A DNA stretch of 64,000 nt, from the NCBI GenBank assembly GCA_013239625.1, contig MU054220.1, forward strand, positions 1,603,509 through 1,667,508, in the 5' to 3' direction. Positions within the stretch are counted from its first letter, which is position 1. The number at the start of each line of letters is the position of its first letter. This stretch comes from Lama guanicoe. Lineage: Eukaryota. Made by a program: the position numbers and the translations under genes. The notes under the pieces were generated by a model. The model was not told the origin of the DNA. It saw only the letters and a list, made by a program, of their open reading frames with translations, and made no database searches. Of this stretch, positions 61,701-64,000 are shown in pieces.

Positions 61701-62490
61701 AAGTTATTAAAGTAGGAATGTTACAGGTTCAGTGTGATGGGATTGGAGGAATTTATGAACATTCTAATGGTTGCAGTTGGTAAGGGAATTAACTAGTAAA
61801 ATCTTGGAGAAATAGCAGTAAATTAGATAACTTAGAAACAAAAAACCCTCGAATGATGGCATCATTGTTTATGTTTATATAGCAGTCATTTGTGAAAGTT
61901 TAAGAGGGAAAGCTTTGTTTTGATTTGAGGGCCTCACTCAAGAGCACGAGGCTTATGCATGAGACAGCAACATTGAAAGGCCAGCATTCTAGTCAGTTCA
62001 GTTCTTTGCTTAGGCCGTGGAAATCAAGTACTTCTGTTCTAACATCTATTTAAAGAAAAGTTCTCACCCATCATTGTGTAGATTGGGAATCCTAAATCTT
62101 GTCTATAAGAAATAGTCGTTTGTAGTTTTATGGATATTTTAAAAAGTTTTGTTAACTCTGCTTAAAAATGATTAAAACTTGCTTTAGTAACTTTACCTCT
62201 TAAGTTTTTATGAGAATTCTCAAGCTAGACAAGGAATGACTGACACTCAGTTCCTTAGTTAAAGCCTAGGATATCCTAATCAGAATGGTAACTTTAGTTT
62301 GGGATCTGATGGAAGGGATGACATGGTGAGGGAGGACCGGGGACTCTGGTAAATTGAATGGAAGTAGTGAAAGTAAGTAGAATTTTTTCCCTACCTTTTC
62401 AGGAAACAGTTGAGACCTTTAAAGAAAAAAAGGACTCTCTCTGGAGAGCAACATGAATGCATAATAGAAGTTTTATTTTATTTCACGCAG

Positions 62491-62678
62491 CTCAAAGAAA
62501 ATGAACGGCACCCTGGACCATCCAGACCAACCAGATCTTGATGCTATCAAGATGTTTGTGGGCCAGGTTCCAAGGACCTGGTCTGAGAAGGACTTGAGGG
62601 AACTCTTTGAACAGTATGGTGCTGTCTATGAAATCAATGTCCTAAGGGATAGGAGCCAAAACCCTCCTCAGAGCAAAG
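62491..62678 (+). CDS. CELF1: CELF1 exon with short-isoform ATG (62501) and start of RRM1
   Basis: tttcacgcag acceptor. Translates [62 protein letters not shown](G), with RNP2 MFVGQV. AAG|gtaaag donor. The gene continues beyond the window. Confidence 0.97.
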
Positions 62679-64000
62679 GTAAAGACTTTGGCTTTTATAT
62701 ATATATATTCAGTCATGTGCATGCTCTCTCTCATTGGCAGAATGTTCTTGGGGTCACATGGGGGGAAATCTGCCTTTTTATAGTAGCTCTGTCTCCCAGC
62801 CCAAACCTGTTTAATGACTTACAAATAAAAAATTAAGATGACATCATGAGGATAATTTGTAAATTGGCTCTTGGGCAGTCCTTTTCAAAAGCTCTAAATT
62901 CAAGAGACAGATTCGGGTGAGTGTCTCATTTGATCTTGTGAATGGAATGACAAAAATAAAGTTGAAGTAAACCAATCACATAAGATTTTCTTTAGTATTT
63001 TGGCTAGGGTAAGTGGAAAGAGAAAAATTGTCCAGGTACCCATGGGTTTGTTAGTGTTACAGAGGCCCTGCGGGATGGCTGAGCAACTAGGAGGGACTGG
63101 TTTGTAGGTGACCTGTTCATAGTAACCTACAAAATGAACAGGAGAAAAAAGACGAGCTGCTTCCAGAAATACCCAGAAGGGTGGAAGTTTTGTAAGACTG
63201 ATAGTAGACAAGACATGAGCTTTGCCCATGTATATACAGGCATACTCTTTATTTTCCCAAATGACCCATTTCAGAGTAATTTTCTGTGAAAGCTGTTCTG
63301 CAAGTGTAGATGTGAGCAAGCGTGATTGCCACGTTTGAAACCAGCTTAATAGCAGAGGATCTAGAAGCTGAGGAATTATTTTCTCTTTGTGGCATAGTTA
63401 ACCAAAAATATAAAGTATTATCGTTTCTGAAAATGACTGGCAATATAATATGCAGTAATTCAAAAATCTTAATTGCAGAATGATTTTGAAAGAAGTCTGT
63501 ATCATATCTTACGGGACTGTGGGCCCAAGATTTACAAGACATACTTTCCCCTTCCTATCACCAGTAAAGATACAGAGCACAAAATCTCCACATCTCCTCA
63601 GTCAAGTGCCATATGCTGTTAGAAGTGTAATTATATTTGATGGGAACCAAGAGTCCAAAAAAAGATATTAAGAGGCTCTTGCTCTTAAGTCATTTTAGAA
63701 TTTAATAAATAATGATTATGTTTGAGGCATATGGTAGAAATTGGCTACAATTTAAGATTTGTAAGAGAAAGAAAGATTTCCTTGTAGACTACAAGCTGCA
63801 AGAGTGCGAGGCCTCCGTCTGGTTTGTAGCTGACTCTTCTTGCCCAGCACATTACTTGGTGCTCCAAGTCTGCTGGGTTGAATGGCATGGTGCTGTGACC
63901 TTTGTAAGAAAAATAATCTTTCCCAGAGAAGTTACAGGAGCAGGTAAAGAATTTTAACAAAACTAGGAGACTATAACAATAAAGAAGACAAAAGAAAATA

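Noticed and set aside
62679..62836. Read-through tail of ORF 62501..62836
   Set aside because: CELF1 similarity ends at the AAG|gtaaag donor; the remainder is intron.

Overview
Mammalian genomic DNA, very probably camelid (camel, alpaca or llama), judged from about 11 copies of a tRNA-derived vic-1-type SINE and a young L1 3' end. The window is the conserved KBTBD4-PTPMT1-CELF1 block. It holds the last two coding exons and 3'UTR of KBTBD4 (+) and the complete 4-exon PTPMT1 (-, 201 aa, HCKAGRSRS catalytic motif), whose 3' end probably overlaps KBTBD4. An ~11 kb repeat-rich spacer follows, with a CCAAT-array solo LTR and nested L1s. The rest is the 5' part of CELF1/CUGBP1 (+): CpG-island exon 1, a 72-nt UTR exon, the MAAFKLDF exon and the first RRM1 exon. 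Nearly all other ORFs in the track are spurious. I found no clearly new gene system. The best leads, all untested: (1) a candidate CELF1 exon at 59259-59432 with a recursive-splice-like AG|GT start, a premature stop and its own in-frame ATG giving a myristoylation-like MGSSPS N-terminus; (2) an NF-Y/octamer solo LTR facing CELF1; (3) a gapless 118-bp diverged repeat pair overlapping an AP-1/NF-kB motif cluster; (4) an in-frame N-terminal extension of PTPMT1.
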